A stretch of 64,000 nucleotides of DNA from Acutalibacteraceae bacterium (GTDB lineage Bacteria; Bacillota; Clostridia; Oscillospirales; Acutalibacteraceae): positions 5,364 through 69,363 of the forward strand of contig JAZOXF010000032.1 in NCBI GenBank assembly GCA_045659605.1, in the 5' to 3' direction. The position numbers and the translations under genes are program-made. This document shows, piece by piece, positions 7,040 through 16,168 of the stretch; within the stretch, counting starts at the first letter, position 1; every line of letters begins with the position of its first letter. The notes beneath the pieces were generated by a model that did not search any database, had not been told where the DNA came from, and saw only the letters and a list, made by a program, of their open reading frames with translations.

Positions 7040-9502
7040 CTACGGTTTTTGAGTAAGATACAATAAATAAGAAACAAGAGAAGTGCCTAAACTGTAAAGT
7101 AAAACGGAAGTGTCGCTGAAGATTGTGCCTGAACCGCTGAAAGAGGTGTAACCGAATAGCAAAACACCAAACACAGCGCATAGCACATAGGCAACGGTTA
7201 GCAAAGCGTTAGAACGCTTTATTTTATAAGCGCAGTTTAAAATAGCGGGCAGGGCGATGGGGTTATTTTTAAATACCGCCGGTGCCGAAACACTTTTTAC
7301 GGGCGCTAATGTATTAATGTAAATATGACAACCTGCGGCGGTCATAATCTTAACAGTATCATCATAAAGACCTAAATAGTCGCAAATCATAGCCTCGGTA
7401 ACATTGGGGTCGGATGTTTTAACAAGAAGTGTAACACCGCTGGTGGTAAGACGTCTTAATTCCTTGGAAACAGCGTAGTCGGCATCGTATCTTACGATAA
7501 GAAGGGCGCAAGCTTTGTTTTGGTCGGAAACATAAACAGGGAAATAACCTTGTCTTAAAATCTTACGGTCAAGTTCCACATCGGGAACAGCAATTCCGTG
7601 GGCTTCCATTAGGGTACGGTTACCAATAAACAAAAGGCGGTTGTCAACCCAACCCGAAATTCCCAAGGCTTCTTCGTATTTAACGGTATCCGAGTCAGGG
7701 AAAACGGTAATGTTACTGTTACCTGCAATTTGTTTGAAAATGGGAGCCAAGGGGCTTTGCATTGCTTCGGTAAGGGAAGCGGCGCGAAGAATAGTGTCTT
7801 CCAAATTATTGTCCGAAAGCACCTTCATTTGGTGAAGTGTAACTGTGCCTTCAGGGAAGATATCCTTAGCGTTAATAACAACTGCGTTGGCTTCCTCAAT
7901 TAGTTCGGCGCCGGTTTTTCCGGCAATCATAGCGCCTTTGCGGTCAAGTTTTTTCGCGCTGTCATAAACGGGGAGAACATCAATAAGCGTTAAAATGGGA
8001 AGCGCTCCGAAACAAAGTACCGAAGCGGCCGCGAAAAGGCCGTAAATTGCACTGTTAAACAAAACAAAGGATAAAAAGCCAATCAAAACAGCCAAGGCAA
8101 GGGAAACGGCGGTAATCAATCCCATATTTCCGTTTAAGAAAACACCAAATTCGGTATATTTCATAAAACTGTTTATTTGTTCAGCCTGTTGAGGAGCGGC
8201 TATAAGGCTTTCACCCTCAACCGAGCCTTTAGTCATAGCAAGTGTAATTGCAGGGTCGTTTATAAGGGAAATGGCATTCTTAGTGCCTGATCCCAAAATT
8301 TGTTTAAAGGAACGAAGTTTGGCTGAAGCTTTCATAAAATTGGAAGTGGCGAAAACACTCAAGATTATCATACTCAAAAGTTGCAATTTTAAAATGATTT
8401 CACCTGACATTATTCCAACTATAAAGTAGGGAATAACACCGATGGAAGCCAAACTTACAGCCACACGGCTGTCGCTTTTTTTGGAAAATATTTTTCCAAG
8501 TCCCAAAAACATTTTGCTGTTTATAACAAGTCCCAAAAGGAAAAACAGGGAGGTTATAATCATACAAGTTTGGGTGTAACTTAAAATTAAATCCGACATA
8601 AATGGGAACATAAAAAAGGAAGTTAAAAGGGTTAATAAAATTGTGCCCCACATAGCGAAAAATCCATTTTTCTTATTCTTTAAAAGTTTTCTGAATATTA
8701 GTTTTCCGCTGTCGTTGTCGGTGTATTCGGTTTTGGGAACAAATTCATCAAAATCGCTTTTTTCAAGTTTAATTTCTTCGGTTTCGGTAACGGGAGTTTC
8801 TTTAATTTTTAAAAGTTCGCCCGTAAAGTTAAGGGGTCTGGTTTGGGAAGAAATAAAAATGTCTTGGGTATGCTCAATTTGGTTTTTAATTGGGGTAAAG
8901 GTTACAGTATGGTTGACATCTTCGGGCACGGTAGGTTTGAAAACAGGAAATTCGGGAATATCTATATCTGATATAACGGCAATTTTGGGTTCTTCCTCCT
9001 GTTTTTCTTCGGGCTCTTCTATTTTCGTAAAGGTGATTTCTTCCTTTGTTTCAGGTTCGGGTTTAGTGTAAACCATATCGGGTTTGACAGGTGTGTCGGT
9101 TTCAAAAACAATGCCGTATTCCTTGGAAAGTTTTTCAAGGGTGCTGCGGCTATCGTTTCTTAAAATTTCAGCCACCGATTCCAGTTCGTATAAGGGAGTA
9201 TTATCTACCGAGGCGTCGTTGCCATCGTCATCCAAAATGTAGGGAAGGCATTTATCAAGCAAACTCTTTTGGGGTTGAAGTTTTGGCTCCTCGGTTTTGA
9301 TTTCTTCCTCTGCTTCACTCTCAACCATTATTTTTTTGCGAAGGGAATCAAGGGCGGAGTGGGAGGATGTGTTTGATTTTTTTGCTTTTAAAAGTTCGTC
9401 GGCACTTAAGGCATCAGGATGATGATAATCGCCCTTGCCAAAGGTGTTTTCAAGCATTGCTTCTAAATCAAGGGAGCTATCGTGGTTTAGATTGTCTTTC
9501 AT
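7040..9502 (-). CDS. P1B-type ATPase-like membrane protein lacking the catalytic motifs, with a long acidic N-terminal region
   Basis: The C-terminal half aligns by eye with CopA-type pumps. GAMIAGKTGAELIEEANAVVINAKDIFPEGT aligns with GILIKGGEALE..VVFDKTGTLT, RAASLTEAMQSPLAPIF with AAALEQxSEHPLAxAI, FIGNRTLMEAHGI with VGNxxLM, and VKTSDPN with LTGDN. The CPC, DKTGT and GDGxND motifs are absent. The N-terminal ~270 aa are E/D/K/P/T-rich. Confidence 0.55.
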   Translation of the reverse strand: MKDNLNHDSSLDLEAMLENTFGKGDYHHPDALSADELLKAKKSNTSSHSALDSLRKKIMVESEAEEEIKTEEPKLQPQKSLLDKCLPYILDDDGNDASVDNTPLYELESVAEILRNDSRSTLEKLSKEYGIVFETDTPVKPDMVYTKPEPETKEEITFTKIEEPEEKQEEEPKIAVISDIDIPEFPVFKPTVPEDVNHTVTFTPIKNQIEHTQDIFISSQTRPLNFTGELLKIKETPVTETEEIKLEKSDFDEFVPKTEYTDNDSGKLIFRKLLKNKKNGFFAMWGTILLTLLTSFFMFPFMSDLILSYTQTCMIITSLFFLLGLVINSKMFLGLGKIFSKKSDSRVAVSLASIGVIPYFIVGIMSGEIILKLQLLSMIILSVFATSNFMKASAKLRSFKQILGSGTKNAISLINDPAITLAMTKGSVEGESLIAAPQQAEQINSFMKYTEFGVFLNGNMGLITAVSLALAVLIGFLSFVLFNSAIYGLFAAASVLCFGALPILTLIDVLPVYDSAKKLDRKGAMIAGKTGAELIEEANAVVINAKDIFPEGTVTLHQMKVLSDNNLEDTILRAASLTEAMQSPLAPIFKQIAGNSNITVFPDSDTVKYEEALGISGWVDNRLLFIGNRTLMEAHGIAVPDVELDRKILRQGYFPVYVSDQNKACALLIVRYDADYAVSKELRRLTTSGVTLLVKTSDPNVTEAMICDYLGLYDDTVKIMTAAGCHIYINTLAPVKSVSAPAVFKNNPIALPAILNCAYKIKRSNALLTVAYVLCAVFGVLLFGYTSFSGSGTIFSDTSVLLYSLGTSLVSYLLYLTQKP

Positions 9503-10257
9503 TTTGCTCTCCTTTTGTTTACAACTTCGTACATAAGAACGCCTGCCGCAACCGAAGCGTTAAGCGAGTTAATTTTGCCAAGCATGGGAAGGCTTATGAT
9601 TCGGTCGCATTTTTTGGCTGTTAAGGTTCCAATTCCTTTTCCCTCATTTCCGATAACCAATGCACAAGGAAGGTCAAAATCTACTGAAATATAATCTTCA
9701 CCATCCATATCGGCGCCCATAACCCAAACGCCTTTCTCTTTAAGCATTTCGATTGTGTTCGGAATGTTGGTAACTCGGGCAACCTTCATATATTCCAATG
9801 CGCCGCTGGCGGATTTAGCAACGGTGGCATTAAGCGATGCGCTGCGTCTTTTGGGAATAATAATACCGTGAACACCGCAAGCCTCAGCGGTTCGTATAAT
9901 TGCACCTAAGTTATGGGGGTCTTCGATTTCATCGCAAATGATAATAAAGGGTTTCTCGTTACGATTTTCGGCCACCTCTAAAATCTCTTCGGGGGTAGCA
10001 TATTCTTGGGAAGCAAACATAACAGCAACGCCTTGGTGGTTTGCACCGCCGCAATAGTAATCCAACTTTTGAGGACTAACTTCTTTAATTAAAATTCCTT
10101 TAGCGTTACACTTGGCAATAATAGCAGTAATCGACCCGCCGGTAACACCGTGGGCTACTAAAAGTCGGTCGATTTCACGCCCCGAGCGAACAGCTTCTAA
10201 AACAGGGTTTCTTCCACAAATTATATTGTTTTGTTGTTGGTCGTTTCTATTTTCCAT
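9499..10257 (-). CDS. rlmB: 23S rRNA (guanosine-2'-O)-methyltransferase, SpoU/TrmH family (RlmB/YacO-like)
   Basis: An N-terminal substrate-binding domain (GRNPVLEAV) is followed by SPOUT motifs DEIEDPHNLGAIIRTA, LVIGNEGKG and SLNASVAAGVLMYE. I prefer the start at ATG 10257. Confidence 0.85.
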   Translation of the reverse strand: MENRNDQQQNNIICGRNPVLEAVRSGREIDRLLVAHGVTGGSITAIIAKCNAKGILIKEVSPQKLDYYCGGANHQGVAVMFASQEYATPEEILEVAENRNEKPFIIICDEIEDPHNLGAIIRTAEACGVHGIIIPKRRSASLNATVAKSASGALEYMKVARVTNIPNTIEMLKEKGVWVMGADMDGEDYISVDFDLPCALVIGNEGKGIGTLTAKKCDRIISLPMLGKINSLNASVAAGVLMYEVVNKRRAK

Positions 10258-10524
10258 AACATTTCCATTCCCTAAAAAGTTTACATAAATATACATAGTA
10301 AATTATAACATATAACCTTTAAATTTTAAATAGTAAATTACAACTTTTTTAAAGAAATTTTCAATTAATCGAAAAATGGAAAATATTGTAGAATAGGGGA
10401 CGGCTTTTAGTAGATAGATATAAAAAAATAGCCTTAAAGACCTTAAAAATCTTGCAATTACACTGTGGATTTTTTAAATTAAAAATGTTATTATATAGGT
10501 GAAAACTGAAATTTTATTAAAGAG

Positions 10525-10764
10525 GTGAAAAAAGTGAAAAAGATTATTTGCAAAAAAGAGTATGATACAGTAAATTCCATTCTTATCAGACAAAAAACAT
10601 TTGGTTATTTCGGTGACCCTGCAGGTTACGAGGAATCTCTTTATCAAACTGCTGAAGGTCTTTTCTTCCTCTATGTTAACGGTGGCGAGGAGTCTCCTTA
10701 TAAGGAAGAGAATATCAAGCGTCTTTCCAAGGCTAAAGCAGACGAGTGGTTGGCAAACAACTAA
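10525..10764 (+). CDS. Hypothetical small protein (79 aa)
   Basis: An ORF with an AGAGGTGA SD and its own terminator. No motif recognised. Confidence 0.4.
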   Translation: MKKVKKIICKKEYDTVNSILIRQKTFGYFGDPAGYEESLYQTAEGLFFLYVNGGEESPYKEENIKRLSKAKADEWLANN

Positions 10765-10766
10765 AA

Positions 10767-10799
10767 AAACAGCCCATTTTTTTGGGCTGTTTAATTTTA
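10767..10799 (+). terminator. Rho-independent terminator
   Basis: AAACAGCCCA-TTTTTTT-GGGCTGTTT followed by a T-rich tail. Confidence 0.7.
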
Positions 10800-10822
10800 T
10801 TTAAAAAACTGCAAATAAAGTG

Positions 10823-10851
10823 TTGACAATTAACTAATGCTTTGATATAAT
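10823..10851 (+). promoter_or_regulatory. Consensus sigma-A promoter of tRNA-Leu (TTGACA-17-TGaTATAAT)
   Basis: TTGACA at 10823-10828, a 17-nt spacer and TATAAT at 10846-10851 with an upstream TG. It lies about 30 nt before the tRNA 5' end. Confidence 0.7.
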
Positions 10852-10882
10852 GTTTAGGCTTGATAAAAAGCAACCAATATTT

Positions 10883-10966
10883 GCGAGTGTGCTGGAATAG
10901 GCAGACAGGCACGTTTGAGGGGCGTGTGTCCACGACGTACGGGTTCAAGTCCCGTCACTCGCACCA
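10883..10966 (+). tRNA. tRNA-Leu (anticodon GAG), type II with long variable arm and encoded CCA
   Basis: Hand fold: acceptor GCGAGTG/CACTCGC, D stem CTG/CAG with loop GAATAGGCAGA, anticodon stem CACGT/GCGTG, loop TT-GAG-GG, variable arm TGTCCACGACGT, T arm ACGGG-TTCAAGT-CCCGT, discriminator A and CCA. Confidence 0.9.
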
Positions 10967-10967
10967 A

Positions 10968-11009
10968 ATTCCCAAACCGACCTTTAGGGTTGGCTTGGGA
11001 ATTTTTTTG
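10968..11009 (+). terminator. Rho-independent terminator after tRNA-Leu
   Basis: ATTCCCAAACCGACC-TTTAG-GGTTGGCTTGGGAAT followed by T7. Confidence 0.8.
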
Positions 11010-11109
11010 TTTCATCGGTGTTGTTGACTTTTAGTGCTTTTTTGTCTAAAATATTAATAGTGGTTAGGATTAGTTAAATAAACATTATTGCCTTTAAAGG
11101 AGTGTTTTT

Positions 11110-12585
11110 TTGCAAAAGAGAATAATTGCCTTGTTTTTGTCGTTGGTTATTTTGGCGACTTTGTGTTCTTGCAAATCCGGGTCGGATATAATTGATGATG
11201 TTGCTTCCATTTTGGGCACGACTTCTAGTGAGGATTCTTCGGATTTTTTATATGAGCCTGAAGACCCTTACACGGTTTACGATGATAAGAAACCTGCTTC
11301 CAATTCATCTGCATCTGACAGTGTTATAAATATACAAGAAGGCGCTACAAATGAAACCGAAAATAAGCCTACTGTTCCAATCGGCAGTGAAGTGCAGGTT
11401 GAAGAAACGGTTGTTGAAAACGAGGAAATTAAAGAACCTGAAAACACAGGCACCCTTGAAACCATAAAACCTAATAACATACATAACGCGGTTTTGGAAG
11501 AAGATTATTATCAGTATAATACCTTAAAGGAAAAGGAAAAGAAATTTTACAAGAGAATTGTTGAAACGGTTAATTCTTCAAACAATATAGTAGATGTGTC
11601 GGACTTATCGGTTTGCTACGATGATGTTTCCTATGTTTTTCAAAAAGTTTTGGCCGATTATCCCCAATTTTTCTATGTGTCAAGGAATTGTTTGTTGGTT
11701 TATAATTCACAGGGCAAAACGGTTAAAGCGATGGTTTTGTTATATACCGATGGCAGTGTTACTGATAAATTTGACAATCGATTAAATTTGACCCAAAAAG
11801 CTGACCGACAAGTTATTAATAATAAAATATTGCAACTTAAATCGGCAGTAGAAAATGTAACCTCTAAAATCTCCGCCGAAATGGATGATGTGTTGAAAGA
11901 AAAAATCATCCACGACTATATTACCCAAACAGTGGAGTATGATTATAAGTCGGCAGTAAATATGGAGTCGTACGGCACCGTAATCCCACACGCTTTCGAT
12001 TTGTATGGAGCGGCAGTTGAAGGATTGGCAGTTTGCGAAGGTTATTCAAAATGGTTCCAATATTTATGTTACAGCGTAGGCATTAATGCAAACCAAGTTT
12101 TTGGAACTGCCGATGGCGGAAATCATATGTGGAACAGTGTTTTGATAGGGGATAGTTGGTATTTTATTGATTTAACTTGGAACGATGCAAACAATATTGT
12201 CATTTACAGTTATTTTAATTTAACCTACACCCAAATTGCCAAAAGCCATGTCGTTGATTCATCAGTAATTTCAATTCCCGTATGTACTTCCAGTAAGAAT
12301 TCTTTTGAAAACAAATTTGCTATTTGTATTGTTAACCTTAAAGAAGAACCGACAAATTTTGAAGAAAAGATTGAGAATATAAAAGCTGCAGGAGATAAGC
12401 AAATTTTTATTGTTTTTAAAGGTTATGATGAAAATTTTGCAAATACACGAAAATACACCGATTACATCCAAAGATATTTCCTTAGTGTAAAATCTAAATT
12501 TAATTTATACCTTTTAGAGCAAGGAATGGAATTATCCTCTCAAATAAATCTTTTTGATAAGTATTTTATTTTAAGTTTTAAATAG
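11110..12585 (+). CDS. Lipoprotein with transglutaminase-like cysteine protease core
   Basis: Signal peptide plus lipobox (LATLCSC), an S/E-rich linker, then the Cys-His-Asp core: AVCEGYSKWFQYL ... GGNHMWNSVL ... YFIDLTWND. TTG start follows AAAGGAG. Confidence 0.65.
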   Translation: MQKRIIALFLSLVILATLCSCKSGSDIIDDVASILGTTSSEDSSDFLYEPEDPYTVYDDKKPASNSSASDSVINIQEGATNETENKPTVPIGSEVQVEETVVENEEIKEPENTGTLETIKPNNIHNAVLEEDYYQYNTLKEKEKKFYKRIVETVNSSNNIVDVSDLSVCYDDVSYVFQKVLADYPQFFYVSRNCLLVYNSQGKTVKAMVLLYTDGSVTDKFDNRLNLTQKADRQVINNKILQLKSAVENVTSKISAEMDDVLKEKIIHDYITQTVEYDYKSAVNMESYGTVIPHAFDLYGAAVEGLAVCEGYSKWFQYLCYSVGINANQVFGTADGGNHMWNSVLIGDSWYFIDLTWNDANNIVIYSYFNLTYTQIAKSHVVDSSVISIPVCTSSKNSFENKFAICIVNLKEEPTNFEEKIENIKAAGDKQIFIVFKGYDENFANTRKYTDYIQRYFLSVKSKFNLYLLEQGMELSSQINLFDKYFILSFK

Positions 12586-12616
12586 AAAAAACCTCCCTTT
12601 AAAAGGGAGGCTTTTT
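12586..12616. terminator. Bidirectional terminator between convergent genes
   Basis: AAAAAA-CCTCCCTTT-A-AAAGGGAGG-CTTTTT. Confidence 0.75.
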
Positions 12617-12627
12617 GTTATTTATCA

Positions 12628-13764
12628 TTATTGCCAATAACCTAGAGTTTTACCTCTTTCGTAAATGCAATTAGCAAGGAAGTGATAGCCGTATTCGTTT
12701 AAGTGAACATTGTCGGCTTCATTCTGGTAACGAAGAGCAGGTGGGATTTTATTTTTAGCAATTGCTGCTTTGTCTGCTTCTGTGGGAGTTAGTCCTTCGT
12801 GAGCCAAACCTTCGGCAACAGCTAATGCTGGAAAATCGACCACATGGTCACCAAATTCGGCTTCAAGACCATTTATATTGTCCCAATATGGTTTAATGAT
12901 TAGGTACTTACCGTTTCCGTGATGCTGAATCATAGCTTTAACCTGCTCGATATATTCGGCGTCACTGGAATAGCCGCCGTTGGCACCCATCATATAAATA
13001 TCGATGCCACCCTTTGTGGAAAGGTCTGAGCCGCCGAATATTACTTCAGCTCCTTGGGGTATAGTAAATGCTTTATCGGTGTCATCATATCTGTATAAAT
13101 ATAATTTAAAAGAGCGGGGAGACCAATTGAAATAGTCAAATTTGAGTTCATACTCAACACCGTTTATTTTAACAGGGCTAACGCTTATACCATTTCCGAG
13201 AAGGGAAGTCAGTACAATAGGAGTACCGTCCTTTGTTACAAATATATTTTGAGCTTCGGTGCTGATTAGCTTTTTATCCATGTTGCGGTCAAAGGTGATT
13301 TTTTTAGTTGTATAAACCTTTAGTCCGCCTTGACGGGCAGCAATATCTCGGGTTTTTTCACCACCGTCGCCACCGTTATATACTTTATAGTTGTCTCCAA
13401 CCATTTCTTGAAGGCGTGTAGGATAACTCTTGGAATGCATAGACATACCTTCGGTTATGCTGTCACCCCAACAAGCGATAATGGTTCTATTGTCTACGAT
13501 GGTTGGAATATCAATTATTGGAGTGTTGTTGGAAGATGTGGCGCTTGTGTTTGTTTCCGACATGGTACTACTGCTCCCTGTTTCGTTATTAGATGGCTTG
13601 GAAGATGAATTTTACTTACTTGTAGTGCCTGTTGCGGTGTCGGAAAATGTATACTGTATATCATCTTCATCAAAGCTACCTGCATTGGTAGGTTTTTGCT
13701 TACCGCACGCGCCAAGGGAAAGTATTATTACCATAGCCAAAAGCAAAGCTAAAATTCTTTTCAT
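12628..13764 (-). pseudogene. SGNH/GDSL-hydrolase lipoprotein gene interrupted by a single in-frame TAA (13612-13614)
   Basis: ATG 13764 with GGAGG SD encodes MKRILALLLAMVIILSLGAC (lipobox) plus a linker. A TAA then interrupts the frame, and the same frame continues NSSSKPSNNETGSSSTMSETNTSATSS...IIACWGDSITEG (SGNH block I) to 12628. The offset 13764-13563 is 201 nt, so the two parts are in frame. Confidence 0.7.
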
Positions 13765-13821
13765 CTCGGAACCTCCGTTTATAAAAAACTACACTTTTAG
13801 TATAATTTTTTGTATTTTTTG

Positions 13822-14703
13822 TCAAGGTGTTTGTCTATTAAGTTCTTTATTAATATAATTCAAAACTTTCTTTTTATCCGCGCTCCACAAGGGGGCTATT
13901 AGTTTTTTCTTATCGCCGTCACCGGTTATTCGGTGAACTATTATGTCGGGCGGTAATACGGCCAGGCATTTTTTAAGAATTTCGGTGTATTGCTCCAAGG
14001 AAAGGGTTTCAAATTTACCGACTAAATATTCCTTTTCAAGGTCGGTGCCTTTTAAAACGTGCAACAGTTGAAGTTTTATTCCGTCAGCTTTGGATTTTCC
14101 GATATATTTAGCCGTTTCAACCATCATTTCCTCGGTTTCAAATGGCAGTCCTATAATCATATGGGTTACAACCTTAACACCAATGGATTTTAAATTTTTA
14201 ACAGCGGTATCGTAGCAAGAAAGGGGATAACCACGCCTTATGTACTTTGCCGTTTCCTCGTGAATTGTTTGAAGACCTAACTCCACCCAAACGGGCTTTA
14301 TTTTATTTAGTTTTCCCAATAATCTTAATACATCTTGAGGCAGACAGTCAGGTCTTGTGGCAATAGATAAAACAACGACCTCGGGGTGGGAAATGGCCTC
14401 GAAAAACACCTTTTCTAAATAATCTATGGGGGCATAGGTGTTGGTAAAACTTTGGAAATAGGCAATGTATTTATTCGAATTTGTTTTGTTTTTGATTTTT
14501 TGCTTGGCAAGTTCGATTTGGGCGGTAATGTTCATAGTAATGGGAGAGGCAAAACTGCCTGACCCTTCTTCTCCGCAAAAAATACATCCACCAAAACCCA
14601 CCGTTCCATCACGGTTGGGGCAGGTAGTAACTGCCGAAAGGGCTAATTTATACACTTTACAGCCAAATTTATTTTGTAAATATTCATTTAAACTAATATA
14701 CAT
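13822..14703 (-). CDS. TIGR01212-family radical SAM protein
   Basis: KVYKLALSAVTTCPNRDGTVGFGGCIFC is the characteristic TIGR01212 N-terminal cluster motif. Confidence 0.8.
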   Translation of the reverse strand: MYISLNEYLQNKFGCKVYKLALSAVTTCPNRDGTVGFGGCIFCGEEGSGSFASPITMNITAQIELAKQKIKNKTNSNKYIAYFQSFTNTYAPIDYLEKVFFEAISHPEVVVLSIATRPDCLPQDVLRLLGKLNKIKPVWVELGLQTIHEETAKYIRRGYPLSCYDTAVKNLKSIGVKVVTHMIIGLPFETEEMMVETAKYIGKSKADGIKLQLLHVLKGTDLEKEYLVGKFETLSLEQYTEILKKCLAVLPPDIIVHRITGDGDKKKLIAPLWSADKKKVLNYINKELNRQTP

Positions 14704-14829
14704 ATAATAGCCCTCCTTGTTTTGATTTTAACACAAACAAAAATAAAATTAAAGTCTAAACTTTACTTGATAGACTGTTTAAAATATGGTATTATTTTAA
14801 GGTAATGAGTCTATAAGGAGAAGTTTAAA

Positions 14830-15474
14830 ATGTTCAGCGTTATTTTCGATATGGACGGTACCCTGCTTGACACCCAAAAGATTTGCGTTCCTGCTTGGGA
14901 GTATGCGGGTAGAAATCAAGGTGTCCGAGGTGTTGGCGAAGGAATTAAACACGTTTGTGGTATGAACCAAAACGGTTGGAGCAACTATTTAAAAGAGCAT
15001 TATCCAACTTTGAATTTAGAACTTTTTATTGCCGAAATGCGACAATACATAATAGACAATTTGGTTGTAAAATTTATGCCCGGCGCTAAAGAACTTTTAG
15101 ATTATCTTAAAAGTAATAATATTAAAATCGGTTTGGCTTCGGGTTCTTCCCGTGGGTCGGTAAACCACCATTTGAAAGAGGTTTCGGCCGAACATTATTT
15201 TGATGCAACTGTGGCAGGGGATGAAATTGAAAAAGGTAAACCTGCGCCCGATATATTTTTGCTGACTGCCGAGAAAATGGGTGTTCACCCCAAGGACTGC
15301 TTCGTTTTCGAAGATGCCGACAATGGCATTTTCGCAGGACATAAAGCAGGAATGAAATGCATTGGTGTTCCCGATATGAGTGAATTTTCTCCTGAAGCAG
15401 AAAAACTTATGTATGCCAAAATCGGCCGCCTTGATGAGGCAATAGAAATTTTTGAAAGTTTACAAAATACTTGA
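14830..15474 (+). CDS. HAD-IA family hydrolase (beta-phosphoglucomutase/phosphatase-like)
   Basis: Motif I is DMDGTLLDT, motif II is ASGS, and motifs III-IV are KGKPAPD and FEDADNG. Confidence 0.8.
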   Translation: MFSVIFDMDGTLLDTQKICVPAWEYAGRNQGVRGVGEGIKHVCGMNQNGWSNYLKEHYPTLNLELFIAEMRQYIIDNLVVKFMPGAKELLDYLKSNNIKIGLASGSSRGSVNHHLKEVSAEHYFDATVAGDEIEKGKPAPDIFLLTAEKMGVHPKDCFVFEDADNGIFAGHKAGMKCIGVPDMSEFSPEAEKLMYAKIGRLDEAIEIFESLQNT

Positions 15475-15514
15475 TTAATAAAAAAATGTATGTTAAAATT
15501 CTTTTAAAGAAGGG

Positions 15515-16135
15515 GTGTTCTTATTGAAAAATGTAGTTATAACAATTGCACGTGAATATGGTAGTGGTGGTCGCGAAATCGCTAAAGAACTTTCCGAAAT
15601 TATGGGAATTAAATTTTATGATGATGAGCTTATAAAACTCATCGCGAAAAATAGTGGATATTCAGAGGATGTTTTGCGCGATGTTGATGAAAATGCAACC
15701 AATAGTTTGCTTTACACATTATCTATGAGCGCAACACATAACGTGGCTATGATGGTTAACGGTCACGGAACACCTGTGGGTGATAAAGCTTTTATGGCTA
15801 CTGCTGAGATTATTAAGGATTTGGCCGAAAAAGAATCTTGCATTATCGTTGGCCGTTGCGCTAACAGCGTTCTTAAAGGCCGTGACAACGTAATCAGCGT
15901 ATTTATTTACACCGACGTTGAGAGAAGAATTGACCGTATTTGCGAATATGAAAACTGTACTCGCAGCGAGGCAGCGGTAAGACTTAAAAAGGTTGACCGT
16001 CGCAGAAGTTTTTACCACAATTATTATTCTGATACAAAATGGGGCGACCGTCGTTCTTATGATATTTGTATTGACAGTAAACTCGGTACCGACAAGGTGG
16101 CACAAATCATTAAATATATGGCCCAACATAAATAA
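15515..16135 (+). CDS. Cytidylate kinase-like family protein
   Basis: ITIAREYGSGGREIAKELSEIMGIKFYDDELI is typical of the CMK-like (AAA_28-type) family. The real start may be TTG 15524. Confidence 0.65.
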   Translation: MFLLKNVVITIAREYGSGGREIAKELSEIMGIKFYDDELIKLIAKNSGYSEDVLRDVDENATNSLLYTLSMSATHNVAMMVNGHGTPVGDKAFMATAEIIKDLAEKESCIIVGRCANSVLKGRDNVISVFIYTDVERRIDRICEYENCTRSEAAVRLKKVDRRRSFYHNYYSDTKWGDRRSYDICIDSKLGTDKVAQIIKYMAQHK

Positions 16136-16167
16136 AAAAGCTCCCGAAAGGGAGCTTTAATTTTTTT
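16134..16167. terminator. Bidirectional terminator
   Basis: AAAAAAGCTCCC-GAAA-GGGAGCTTTAATTTTTTT lies between convergent genes. Confidence 0.75.
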
Positions 16168-16168
16168 A

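Noticed and set aside
7027-7077. The ORF-track N-terminal extension of metG (MFLIYCILLKNRRRYFK...).
   Set aside because: It overlaps the end of the upstream gene and lacks an SD. ATG 7026 is preceded by GGAGGT and gives the canonical MetRS N-terminus.
8643-9071. A 142-aa plus-strand ORF inside the P-type-ATPase-like gene, with other long antisense ORFs elsewhere (3530-3886, 18798-19316, 41833-42420, 15719-16129, 35066-35458).
   Set aside because: All lie fully inside well-supported genes on the opposite strand. They have no SD and low-complexity or unrecognisable products, so they are typical shadow ORFs.
13612-13614. The in-frame stop in the SGNH lipoprotein considered as programmed recoding (selenocysteine or pyrrolysine).
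   Set aside because: The codon is TAA, not TGA or TAG. No SECIS-like or PYLIS-like structure is obvious. A nonsense mutation or sequence error is the simpler explanation.
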